DNA of 64,000 bases from Vitrella brassicaformis CCMP3155 (lineage: Eukaryota; Protista; Chromerida). Under the pieces are notes generated by a model. That model was not told the origin of the DNA. It searched no databases and was given only the letters and a program-made list of their open reading frames with translations. Shown piece by piece: positions 25,206 to 36,512 of this stretch (its first letter is position 1; each line of letters begins with the position of its first letter). The stretch lies in the NCBI GenBank assembly GCA_001179505.1, contig CDMY01000013.1, positions 62,001-126,000 of the forward strand, given 5' to 3'. The translations under genes were made by a program, and so were the position numbers.

Positions 25206-26124
25206 CTACTCGTCTGCCGGTCTGCCCTTCTTGTTGACCTTGACCAACTCGACCTCGAACAGAAGTGGCTCATTGATGTGCACCGCCAGCTTCCGCTTGC
25301 CGCTGAAGGTGTCTGGCTCTGGCCGCTGGTTGGACGTGTTGAATCCCAGCTCAGGTGGAACCAGGATCTTGCGCAGTGACCCCACCCTCATGCCAGACAT
25401 GGCGTCCTCCACCGCCAACGGAATCTGCACCCATTTAGTCGGTAAGGTAAGGCAAGGTATGGTGTTGTTTGTTCGCCGGCCTTGTGAGCACCGTTGTGTT
25501 GTGTCACCTTTTTATCCGGATCTCCGTATTTGATAGCGTAAGTGTCGAGTCTGTCCTGTTTGAACTCGCGACCATAACCTGCAGAACAACACAACACACA
25601 CGCACTGGGCGCACTCACACGAGGCCCTGCCTGCCTCTCTTCTTCCCGTGCTCACCCACCCACCCACCCAGGCTGAACACATAGTCGCCATTCCCCTTGT
25701 AGACCTGGTACTTAACCTTGCAGGTATCACCCTTCTCACACAGCGGCGCATCAGACGGCCCCTTCACAGGCTCTCTGTACCTGACGCCCTTGGAGCTCCT
25801 CAGCAGCGGCCCTTTGGCAGCTTCCTCTGCCTCTCTCTTCCTCTCGCCTATCTCCCTGGCCTCTTCTATCGACAGCGGAGGGCTCTTGGCCACGGCTGCA
25901 AGCGGCAGCAGAGAGGCCGTCAGTGCAACAGCCGCTGATGAGAGGTGGCTCCGTCTTGTGGAGGCGGCTGACATAGAGGTAGATGGCAGTGTTGCTGCAG
26001 GCCGCCTACGGTGCGGTGGATGGGGAGATCTGCGGTGCAGGTGGGAGATGCTGAAGGCATGAATGTCGATGACCAAGATGAAGATGACGTTGAAGGCGAG
26101 GAGGAAGATCCAGAATCTCTTCAT
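25206..26124 (-). CDS. Thylakoid-lumen FKBP-type peptidyl-prolyl isomerase (FKBP16-3-like)
   Basis: Signal + transit peptide + TRRSHL...AVA leader. FKBP fold: GDTCKVKY...IPLAVEDAMSGMRVGSLRKILVPPELGF...HINEPLLFEVELVKV. Confidence 0.88.
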
Positions 26125-26297
26125 GATACCAAACGCAGGATTCTCCGCTGGCGGCCATCAGCGCGTGAAACCGCTGCTGCCGTGAAACCAACCCTGGCAT
26201 TACCCTTGGCAGCCGGTGCGTCTGTTTCCGTGTGTCTTGTCTATCCTTCCTCTGTCTGCATGACCATGGTGTCACATGACTCACCTTGTTCACCGAG

Positions 26298-28319
26298 ATG
26301 ACAGTGCTCACTTCCTTTAGAGCTTCTCTGCCTCTTCCTCCCTCGTGTCGGCCTTCCCTCCCCGCCCTCGTCAACTCTCTCTGGAGAGCCGCGCCAGCCA
26401 TCAGCCACGGCGTCCGTGCGGTAGCGACAGCGGCGAGCTCCGTCACACTCTCACGGCAGCGAATCAATCAACTTCTCGAGGGCGAGATAACCCACTTTGC
26501 CTTGAAGGCTCAGCGGCCGCTTGACTTCCAGCAGATCATCAATATCCGCAACATACAGGAAACCGCGCGATTCCTGCACGCGGAGGTAAGTCAGTCAAGT
26601 CGGGGGACGCGAGAGGCGGGGTCGTTCTTGACGTGTCGCGCACTGCACACGTGTCTGGCTGTCGTGTCTTGTTTGCTTTTGTGTGTGTCTTTGTTTGTTG
26701 GGTCAGTTGCCTGTTCGGTTTGCCAACCGGATTCGTTCGTTGGAGGAGCTCCCAGGCTGGCGGTCCATCCCAGCCCTCGTCGACGTGCGGACATCGTACG
26801 TCGAGTCGTTCAAGGACCTCAGGCTGGTTGCCGTCGATGACAGGTATGGGAGGGAATGGAGGCCACTCACCTCACACACAAATGCTCACTCGGGCATCCA
26901 TCCCATGACGTGACCTCTCTTTGTGTCATCCATCCCATCCGTTCACGCCATGCAGGTCTGATTTCCGCGCGGCTCTACAGCGAGTGAAGCAGCGTCACGG
27001 CAAGGTGGTCCAGCTCCTCACAACTGGTCTGCGAGACCTGCAGCACGCCAGGCCCCTCGAGCTGTCGCCTACTTTTGTGGACGCCTTCCTGAATGAGTTC
27101 TTCCTCTCACGGATAGGCACGGAGCTAATCCGCGAACAGGTGAGACAAAGCTGTGTGACACACGCACAGCCATGCCCGCCATGTGCACATGTCTGTGTGT
27201 GTGTTGTTCTGGCAATGCTTCCAGTATATGACGGTCGAGCGCTCGAATGGCCGTGGCTCCGGCATCATCGACCCAGAGTGCGCGCCTTTGGAAGTCATCA
27301 CCAGGGCGGCCCGCGACGCCGGCCGGCTGTGCGACTACCACACCCAGAGCGCCCCCACCGTGCAGCTCTTCACCCCCCGGCTCATGACCTCCCCCCTACG
27401 CTTCGCATTCGTGTCGAGGTACCTCTACTATGTCGTGTTCGAGCTCCTCAAGAATAGCATGAGGGCAGTGTCTGAGAAGGGCCCGGCTGCGGACGAGAGC
27501 GACCTGCACAGTGGTGAGGGTGCGAGGCGGCCCACGTATGAGCTGGAAGGGACCAACACGAGGCTGCCGCCGGTGCGGGTGGTGCTGGCGGGCGACTCCG
27601 AGACCATGCACATAAAGGTGAGGGCAGTAGAGGGGAGAGGGGGGAGGTGAGTTTGTGTCCGTCTGATGGGTGGCCATGCGATGCTGTGTGTGGCTGGGCT
27701 GTTATGTGTGTGCAGGTGAGTGACCGTGGCGGCGGCATTCCTCTGGCCCTTCAGCCCAAGATCTGGTCGTACCTGTACACCACGGCCACGCCGGCGCACG
27801 TCAAGGTGTCACACACGGGCATCGACGGGCCCGCCACGACAAACGGCAATGGTAAGCGCGCCGGGCGACACACACGGCAAGCAACAAACCAAAGACGGAC
27901 GCCACATACTGTCTGTCGCCACCTCTCGCTCTTCAGGTGTCCCGCCTCTGGCTGGATTCGGTGTGGGTCTGCCGCTGAGCAACCTCTACACTCAGTACTT
28001 CGGCGGGCGGCTGCGTCTGGTCTCCCTCCCGGGCTTCGGCACTGACGCCTACGTGCAGCTTCCCGGGCTGCTCGGCAACGTGCAGGAGAAGGTGGCCAGG
28101 GGCTGGGAGCCCATCAGGGCGGGCAATCAAGACGCCAACGCCGCCGTGCCATCGTATGCGGGCGTGTCCCTCCACTACCCGACCGCCCCAGTGCTTCTGG
28201 GCTCCTGGCAGGAGCGGCCGGTGGGCGAATCGCGGCAGAGCTCCTTGGACATGAGCGGCGAGCTGGTGAATGACGAGTGGGGCAGGAGGGATATCATTGC
28301 CGCGGCCGCTGTTGCCTAG
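26298..28319 (+). CDS. Mitochondrial pyruvate / branched-chain 2-oxoacid dehydrogenase kinase (PDK/BCKDK family)
   Basis: Mitochondrial-type leader. ELPVRFANRIRSLEELP, FFLSRIGTELIREQ, N-box VVFELLKNSMRA, G1 IKVSDRGGGIP, G2 PLAGFGVGLPLSNLY, GFGTDAYVQL. Confidence 0.95.
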
Positions 28320-28875
28320 ACTGTAGACGATAGGGGCGAGTAGAGGCTGGCAGGGATGGGGCAGGGATGGTGTGTTGTTTGTGTACATATGTATGTATGA
28401 TGGGGCGGGCAGGGGCTGATTTCTTTCTCTTCTTTCTTCCACCATCAATTACATCACACGACAGACAGACAGGTGTTGACTTGACCATCTCAGGACAGGA
28501 CACACCTGTTTGTATCATTCATTCTCCTCTTGACTTTTACTCGGATCAAGCCACAAATCGCTGACCACGCGTTTGTATCTCTATGTCTGCATGTCTGTCT
28601 CTGTGTGTGGTGTGTCTGTATGTCTGTATGTATGTCTGTGTGTGGTGTGTATATACATCACTGTATCCATGTGCATGCACTACCTGAGGGTATTTGTTGA
28701 CACAACAAGACAGGCCGAGCCATATGTGGAATTCGGGCGGCTTTTTTCGCCTTATCTCGCGCCATGCACTGCATGAGCTGCCAGCCGCCCGCCCACAATG
28801 CCGACTGACAAGCACCGCCTGTTGATGCATGAGATCGAGTGCTACACGCTTATGTGCGTGTTGGGGGCCGGGGGA

Positions 28876-29175
28876 NNNNNNNNNNNNNNNNNNNNNNNNN
28901 NNNNNNNNNNNNNNNNNNNNNNNNNNNNNNNNNNNNNNNNNNNNNNNNNNNNNNNNNNNNNNNNNNNNNNNNNNNNNNNNNNNNNNNNNNNNNNNNNNNN
29001 NNNNNNNNNNNNNNNNNNNNNNNNNNNNNNNNNNNNNNNNNNNNNNNNNNNNNNNNNNNNNNNNNNNNNNNNNNNNNNNNNNNNNNNNNNNNNNNNNNNN
29101 NNNNNNNNNNNNNNNNNNNNNNNNNNNNNNNNNNNNNNNNNNNNNNNNNNNNNNNNNNNNNNNNNNNNNNNNNNN
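28876..29175. other. Assembly gap (300 N)
   Basis: Run of N bases. Confidence 1.
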
Positions 29176-30440
29176 GGGGAGGGGCAAGGGGGGGTGGGTG
29201 GGGCAAGATGCATGCCATGGGCCACACAGACGAGCGCGGCACAGCGACCATGTCGCCCTCTTTCTTCCACTTGTGCGCTCCAGTGGTGGCTGGCCCTGCT
29301 GTCTGCTGTTTGTATGCTGTTTGTTGCTGCCTCAAGGCAAGGCAAGGCAAGGCAAGGCGGAATGTCATGTCGTCTTTTTCTGTATAATAGGCTTTTTCGT
29401 AGAATCACCAGCACAGGGGAGGGCCCCGTGCCCTCGTGCCCTCTCCTCCTCGCTGTGCGCTGCGTTGCGAGCGGCGTTCCGCCTTCCTGTGTACATACTT
29501 CCACTTCCACTTCCACACATACATAACATAACACACAAGCAACCAACACATTTGCGTGGCGTGCATGTCTCTAGAGCTATGTGTATGGTGCGTGTGTGCG
29601 TGGGGGTGGCATCAGCTAGTTGGGGTGAGATGAGATGAGGTCACGAGAGAGAGACCGACCAGAGTGAGTGCCTTTTTCGTGATTGATGGGTGCAGTGCAT
29701 CCAATCCAGGGCCGTAAGGGAGGGACCTTTTCCGATGTCTCTGTCCTCTTCTTCTGAGACACATTTTCCCCGTCCCTCCCTCATGGACACGGCATGGAGC
29801 ATCCATTCCAGCCGTGTGTCGTCTGTACATGGTGTGGTGTGAGGGTGGCAAAGCGGGGGTCACGCTCGCTCATCCGTCCAGTGTCGCGTCTCTCGCTCGC
29901 TGGTGATCCACTGTGGGTGTGTGTTACGTGTTGGGGGCTCCTGTTAGCACAGGAGCCCCTCAAACCGTGACATGAGCTCGCGCATGGTTCTGAGTGAGTG
30001 GGACACGTGAGATTGGCGTGAGCGCAAGGCAAGGTGGTTTTTAAGTAGGGTGAGTGACTCATGAGAGGAGGGGGAGAGAAGGGGCGTGCGGCGCCTGTGT
30101 TGTGGTGGGCCTGAATGAATGATAGCACGTATGGACACGACGATGAGCAATTGGCTCAACCATTACATTGCAGCGATGCAGATTCGTTGGCGCCGTTCAA
30201 GTACCTGTACAAGTCCAGCACGCAGTTGTCAGTCTACCCCGCGCCAGCCACCGATGACAGCACACACACATGCAGTACATCGTCATCGTGGCACCCCTCT
30301 CTCCCTTTGCACCATCTGCACCATTCTACAGCTACGATGGGGCGGCCGACCTGACGGACAGCAATGCAGCCCAACACACACCACCGGCAGTGGAGAAGCG
30401 CACGCATACAAGGGAGCCGAACTGTACCTGTCGTCTTTCG

Positions 30441-32629
30441 TCAGGTGTCAAGGCGTATGAGAATGATCTCATATAATCTTCCCCCCAGCCGATGACGTAC
30501 CGGCCTTCAATCCCCTCGATCGTGTCGCCGTGAGTGCGCTCCTCCACCAGCCGAGCGAAGGAGGCGCTGGCCAGCGGATAGAAGGTGAGCTTCTTGATGC
30601 CGCGGATCTTGAGCAGCGACCTGACGCAGGCAATGCCGAACTCACCAGCGGCATCGCCATCGCCCAAATCCTCGGGCACTGCACACAGACAGAGAGGCAG
30701 TAGTCACAACGGCCAGCAGGCTGGTCCAAGCGGTTATTTGCAGCTCACCTTCTAGACTAACACTCAGTTCTGAGATGGCCGGCCTTCACGAAGTCGGCAT
30801 GGAAGGACTTCAACTCCCTCTCCCCACCCAACGCCTGCAGCACCGCCACCGCTTGCTCTGTCGGCCTATGTAAGAAGATGCTCTTCACGACGGGCATCTT
30901 TGTCACCAGCCTGCGGCTGATCGCGAGCCCCTTGTTGCTGTAGCTGCACAGCAACGATGCGGCGGGGAATGCGTTGGGGGGCATGCTGTCGAGCACAACC
31001 GGGTCGGACTCGTCGGCGTCAGGCTCCAAGTCGCCATTGATCATCACCCTCTCCGCCTTGGGGAATGTCAGGCAGTGTGCGAGGGACCGAGCAGCGGGGC
31101 TGGCCGTGTCGAGAGGGCCGGTGGTGGTGAGACGGTGGGAGCAGATGGTGAAGCATGGACGCTGTGATGCGGCTGCCAGCTGCTGGAGGCGCTTCTGCAC
31201 GAAGGGGGAGGGCTCCGGGCGGGTGGGGACCTCACATAGGAGCGACAGCTCGAAGTCCTGGCGCGTCCTGATGCCGACGGGGATGTCGGGCCTCACACAC
31301 ACGGTGCGGGTCAAGGCCTCCATGGCCTGCAGGGTCTCGAAGATGCGGCTGTCGATGCGGTAGTCCTCGAGCGTGACGCTGAGCTTTTTGATGGAGCGGC
31401 AGCCACGGTCGACGAGGACAGCCTGCACACAGACACACGCACATCACAAGCAAGCTCTCGCCCTCCCTCTCTGGCCTTGTGTGTCTTGTGTGGTTCGTCG
31501 CATACCTGAAGGCGCTGCAGACCCGCAGCGCTAGCATGCATGCTGAGGGTCCCGATGTCCTCCAGCTGCGACAGGGGGCCCGGCTGGCCAGCAGCTGCCT
31601 TGGGGATCTGCGCCAGCATGCCGGTCATGACGTTAGGGTGGCAGCCCACCTGCAGCTCCTTGAGGCGCCGCGACGTGGCCACCAGCTCCCCCAACGACTC
31701 CCGCCGCACCGTCCCGTCTATCTGCACCGTCTCGAGTGACGGCAGCTGCCAGTGCCGCCCGTTGCCGACACAGAGGCCAGTCAGGCCGGTGAGGGATGTG
31801 AGGGATGCGAGGGTGGGGGGCGGGTCGATGGGAGGGGGGAGTGACGCCGACCGCTGTTCGGCAGCTCGGAAAGTGCGACCCTCAGCCTCGTCGACGGTTA
31901 CGCTCGAGTCGAATTTGCTGAATTCTATGGACTCGAGCGTGCTCCCCGCCTGCTGCCCGGTTGCTGTGGCCGCAGCGGCTCTCCGCCCCTCGCTGTGCCC
32001 CTCCACCAATGCCGTGACGATCTTGTCCCTCATGTACGGCAGAGAGTGGGTTTCACGAGCGTATCGCCGAACAGGAGTCCCTCCTGGGATGAGGAGGGCA
32101 AAGGGATACCGGTTGACGATGGACTTGAGCCGTGTGAGCCACTGGCCCCATTCGAAGGCATCGCTGAACGACAGGCCGCACCAGAATCGCCGCTCGGCCG
32201 TGTCGTGGGTGTCCATGACCAGCCGTGTGATCTGGCAGCCGACGTGGCGCCAGAGCCGCTGGGGCAGCGCCGCCACCAAATGAAGCGACAGGAACGAGAA
32301 GACGTAGGCAACGACAACAGGCTGAGTGCACAACACACACACACAGAGGAAACAATAACGATTTGTGCTAACGTTTGGTGCTGTATAGACACTCACTGCA
32401 TTCCCTCCTCTATCCCAGTCTGTCTCCCTTCCCATCGTCTTACAATTTGCCTAAATTGCTGTGCGAAGGCCTCCAGATCTATGGTGTGCGATGGCGTGGC
32501 CTGCTGCTGCTGCGGGCTGTCGGTGTCCATCATCGCCTCGTCGTGTCCATCTTTCAACTCATCCTCCTCTGCCTCCGCCGCCCGCCTCTGTCGCTTCGGT
32601 GCCGACTCACTCATCGCCCAACTGTTCAT
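30441..32629 (-). pseudogene. Copy A of a lineage-specific F-box-like/LRR-like gene family; frameshifted near the 3' end
   Basis: Four exons homologous to copies B and C (DLEAFAQQFRQIVR|PVVVAYVFSFL...LWRHV; LSQLEDIGTL; QAVLVDRGCRSIKKL; VPEDLGDGDAAGEFG). Exon 3 reads into TAG at 30757 just before the donor. The last exon has a second shift relative to B: the homologous ILIRLDT* is in another frame. Confidence 0.7.
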
Positions 32630-32857
32630 CTACCAAACGGGCACCGCCTGACAGCGGCTGTCGATGGCGCCGCGACACGGGCCAGCATGTGCTGCGCAAA
32701 TGAGCGACACCCAACAATGCACCAATTAGGGACACCGCATTCGATGTGTATAATGGGTGTATGGGTTCGTCTGGTGACGTCTTCACAACTCCTGGTCAGG
32801 GTTTGTGCAAACCCAGAACCCTGCTGCCCAGAAACCTGCCACCTCCCAACCTCCAAA

Positions 32858-33547
32858 ATGACTGCAGCGGCCATTCTGTTCACCATCTTCCTCTGCCTGA
32901 CCATCGCCCTCGCGCTCGCCACCATCCTCGTGTACGTCTACTTCCAGTCGCTCAAGAACCAAGTGCGACACAGACACAAAGACAAGCGCCAAGCCGAACA
33001 AGATGGCCATTATGCCGATGCGGATGCGACCGAACTGACTCAGCTGGACGAGCTCGATGAGGAACTCGATGAGGACTATGCGAGAGAACACGGCGAGGGA
33101 TCTCCACCATTCAGCACCTCTTACGCCGGGCCGGGCGCTTCTGAGGCTGCGTCTGCATCTGCTGGTGAGGCATGGGAGGCGTCTGGCGATGCTCTGAGGG
33201 CGAGCGCTGCGGCGAGGCGAGTGCGGCCATTCGATGAGGCCGTCCGGCGACAGCAGCTGGAGGCCGAGCAGGAGTGCTACCATCTATTCAGAGACCTCCA
33301 GCATCAGCAGGCATCCGTCGACAGCAAGCTCGCCACTCTGCGGCAGCTCCGCGGGCTGCTGGAGGGTCTGGATACGACGTTTCGGGTGAACAAGCCGGCC
33401 TTGGTGACGGCGCAGATCATGTGTTGCAATGTGCTGATGAAGATGGACGGGCTGGACACATTGCAGGGGTGCAAGGAGGACAAGAGGCTGGAGGAGCACG
33501 CACAGTGGATCATAGAGAAGGTCGTGCCCATTATCTGGTCCAACTGA
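32858..33547 (+). CDS. Intronless hypothetical protein: N-terminal transmembrane helix, acidic linker, helical (armadillo-like) C-terminus
   Basis: 229-codon ORF with MTAAAILFTIFLCLTIALALATILVYVYF (TM) and C-terminal GLDTTFRVNKPALVTAQIMCCNVLMKMDGLDTLQGCKEDKRLEEHAQWIIEKVVPIIWSN*. Coding-like composition. Confidence 0.8.
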   Translation: MTAAAILFTIFLCLTIALALATILVYVYFQSLKNQVRHRHKDKRQAEQDGHYADADATELTQLDELDEELDEDYAREHGEGSPPFSTSYAGPGASEAASASAGEAWEASGDALRASAAARRVRPFDEAVRRQQLEAEQECYHLFRDLQHQQASVDSKLATLRQLRGLLEGLDTTFRVNKPALVTAQIMCCNVLMKMDGLDTLQGCKEDKRLEEHAQWIIEKVVPIIWSN

Positions 33548-33831
33548 CTGGTGTGAGAGAGGGGCGGAGACAGCCATGTGGGCGGGGCTGCGGCGCTCAC
33601 TCATGATGTAGGTACTGATCGATTCGTGTGTGTGTGTGTGTGTGTGTGCGCGTGTGTGTGTGATTAGTGTAGAGTACGTGTGCCCTGCGGCATGACCTTC
33701 CCGTGCGTGTGGGCCGGTCTATCTATAGTGAATGCTCTTGCGTCAAGTGAGCAGAGCTATAGTGGCTGTGGCGGGTGATCAGGCTGTGGCGCGTCTGGGT
33801 GACAAGTCTTAAGCCGACAGACACATGGAAC

Positions 33832-34387
33832 GTACCACATCAGCCAATGAGCGATTGTGTCTTCACGCCCACATCTCCCTCTCTCTCTCTGTCTCTCTGT
33901 GTGTGTGTGTTGCGACGTTGCAGCTGTGATGGATGCCGAGTCTCGGTTGAAGGCCAAGGAGGCGGACCTCCGTGCAGTCGAGTCGGCTCTCGAGCAGAAG
34001 ATGGCCGCGACTCACGAGAAAGAAGAGACCGCCAAGGCCGCTCTCGCCGCCCAAGACAAAGCCGCCAAGGAGAGCCTCAAGACACAACGGTGGGTGGTTG
34101 AGACAGACACGACGTGATGGACGCACGATGGCATTGGTCTGGAAAGGTGCGTGTCTCATCTTTGCATGTGTGTGTGTGTGTGTGTCATTCGTTGACGTAG
34201 TGAGGCCGCTGAGTCTGCAGTGCTCGAGGACGCGAGAGCCGCTGCTGAGCTGGGCGGCGAGGCCGCAATGACGGCCATGGCGTCCACCATGGCACGCCAG
34301 AGTTAACCCACAGACAGACAGACAACATCCGTCTCATTTGCGTGGAATCATGAGAGGCGTTGGATGAGTGGAGAGTTGAGTGACTTC
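33832..34387 (+). pseudogene. Truncated inverted duplicate of the 35550-36755 gene
   Basis: Contains an intron, the exon AVMDAESRLKAKE...KTQR, a second intron and the start of the next exon, breaking off at 34300. A 15-nt remnant of the last exon sits at 34373-34387. No intact signal-peptide exon. Confidence 0.8.
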
Positions 34388-34617
34388 ATGAATATAGCAG
34401 CAAATGCAAACCCACACCCCAAACAAATCACGGACGAATCGAGCAGACACAATCATTGCAGGTGGACTGGCTGCATTCCAAAGAATGCAGCCGTTTGAAT
34501 AACGGTCTTGGTGCGAGCTTGCTTCGTCTGGTGCCCGACGTCATGAGTTGGGTGGCTCCGATTCGGCGCTGTCGGCGAAGATCTGGCCTTTGATGCGGTT
34601 CGCAGCGGCGAAGGGGG

Positions 34618-35436
34618 ATGATTCGGCGACGGACAGCGGGCAGTGCAGCCACCTGCGGTCACATCTGCACGAGTGCGCTGGACCTGCTCTCCGTTCTACT
34701 CATCCACCATCGCTCTATCGGCATCGTTCGAGGTAGCCAGCGACTGCTGCTGCTCACCACGGCCACCCCTTATGTAGCTCATGTCACCTGCCGCACCGGC
34801 CTTGCCTGCAAGACCAAGCAGCGGGAGGGTGGTTTGATCTTAGCGTGGAGGACATTGGTGTGCGTGTCGGCGTTCCTCACGATGGCCATTGTTGCTCTCG
34901 GTGCGCCAATCAGGGAGCTACTAAGCTGCGCCCTGCTCGGCATCCAGCTGACCTGTGGCATCCTTGCGCCAGCCGTATGTAGTCGCGAGCTCGACGCAGT
35001 TATGCATTTCGTCTTCGAATGGGCTGCTGGAAGGCGAGTGAGCCATCGCACACGCACCACTGGCTGCAGGGCACCACGCCGCGTTCTTTTGTGTGTCGTT
35101 TTATTATTTGGCAGCGACGAGGGTGAGAGCCAAGCGGCCTCTGAGGCTATATCCGCTCCGACACGAGAGCTGCGAAGACGCCAGAAGCCTGCTCCTCCTG
35201 ATGGAAATGTGCCACGGGACGACGACACGTGCGAGAAGACCTCGGCGCGTGACAGTGGGAGGGTGGCGTTGGTTCACTTGCTGCCTGGCGTGTGTGGTGT
35301 GTTGTTTGCGTGGCTGGGTAGTGTGTATGTGCCCCTTGATTGGGACGTCGAGTGGAAGAAATGGCCTTTGCCGTGCGTGCTGGGCAGTCTGATCGGTCGG
35401 GGCCTCGGTGCATTGCTTGCTTTAAGAGTGACTTGA
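34618..35436 (+). CDS. PIGF: GPI ethanolamine phosphate transferase stabilising subunit PIG-F/Gpi11
   Basis: Hydrophobic segments with VALGAPI and the signature GVLFAWLGSVYVPLDWDVEWKKWPLPCVLGSLIG. One in-frame intron is likely. Confidence 0.88.
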   Translation: MIRRRTAGSAATCGHICTSALDLLSVLLIHHRSIGIVRGSQRLLLLTTATPYVAHVTCRTGLACKTKQREGGLILAWRTLVCVSAFLTMAIVALGAPIRELLSCALLGIQLTCGILAPAVCSRELDAVMHFVFEWAAGRRVSHRTRTTGCRAPRRVLLCVVLLFGSDEGESQAASEAISAPTRELRRRQKPAPPDGNVPRDDDTCEKTSARDSGRVALVHLLPGVCGVLFAWLGSVYVPLDWDVEWKKWPLPCVLGSLIGRGLGALLALRVT

Positions 35437-35549
35437 ACGAACGTTTGTGTGCATGTGTCAACATTTATTCATTTGGCATCTCGTCATTCATGCACACACG
35501 CTGTCCCTCATAAACTGTCTGTCTGTCTGTCTGTCTGTCTGTCGTTGCT

Positions 35550-36472
35550 TCACTTGGCGTCGGCCTGGGGTGGTGGTTTCTCTCCCTCGAGCTCGATGTC
35601 CTCTTGTGAGACGGTGCACGGCACCTTCCTGGGCGTGAAGATGTCTTCGTATGCTGCTGACACGCCACGCTCGAAGTCACTCAACTCCCCTGCACACACC
35701 CCACACACAGATGCATGCCGCACACACACGTCGTGGACACAGACCTTTGTATCGTTCGGCGTCGATGCGTCCCTCTGGCATCTTGGCCTCTCTCTTCTTC
35801 TTTCTCAACAGCAGCTGAGCCTGCACATGACGCACACGACACACACTCATCGATGGGACACACACCCACCCACTGTCTGTGTTTGCACCCACCCACCTGT
35901 TTGAGCATTTCCCTGGCCTTCTCCTTGGTGAGGGGCACCTTCTTCTTGTGGCACGGCAACGTTGCTGCTGCTGCTGCTGGTGGGGCGGCGGGGGCAGCCA
36001 AGCCGTGCTCCGCCTCGTACTCGGCCGCCAGGCGGTCGATGTCGGCTGCGGAAGGCAGCTGGCGTGCCATGCCAGTGGACGCCATGGCCGTCATTGCGGC
36101 CTCGCCGCCCAGCTCAGCAGCGGCCCTGGCGTCCTCGAGCACTGCAGACTCAGCGGCCTCACTACGTCAACGAATGACACACACACACAGACAGACATGC
36201 AGAGATGAGACACGCACCTTTCCACACCAATCAATGAGTGTGTCCATCACGGCGTGTCTGTCTCAACCACCCACCGTTGTGTCTTGAGGCTCTCCTTGGC
36301 GGCTTTGTCTTGGGCGGCGAGAGCGGCCTTGGCGGTCTCTTCTTTCTCGTGAGTCGCGGCCATCTTCTGCTCGAGAGCCGACTCGACTGCACGGAGGTCC
36401 GCCTCCTTGGCCTTCAACCGAGACTCGGCATCCATCACAGCTGCAACGTCGCAATACACAGACACACACACG

Positions 36473-36512
<40 letters not shown>

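Noticed and set aside
29176-30440. Possible small gene between the second gap and copy A (e.g. ORFs 30115-30476)
   Set aside because: Short ORFs, no recognisable motif and no consistent splice chain.
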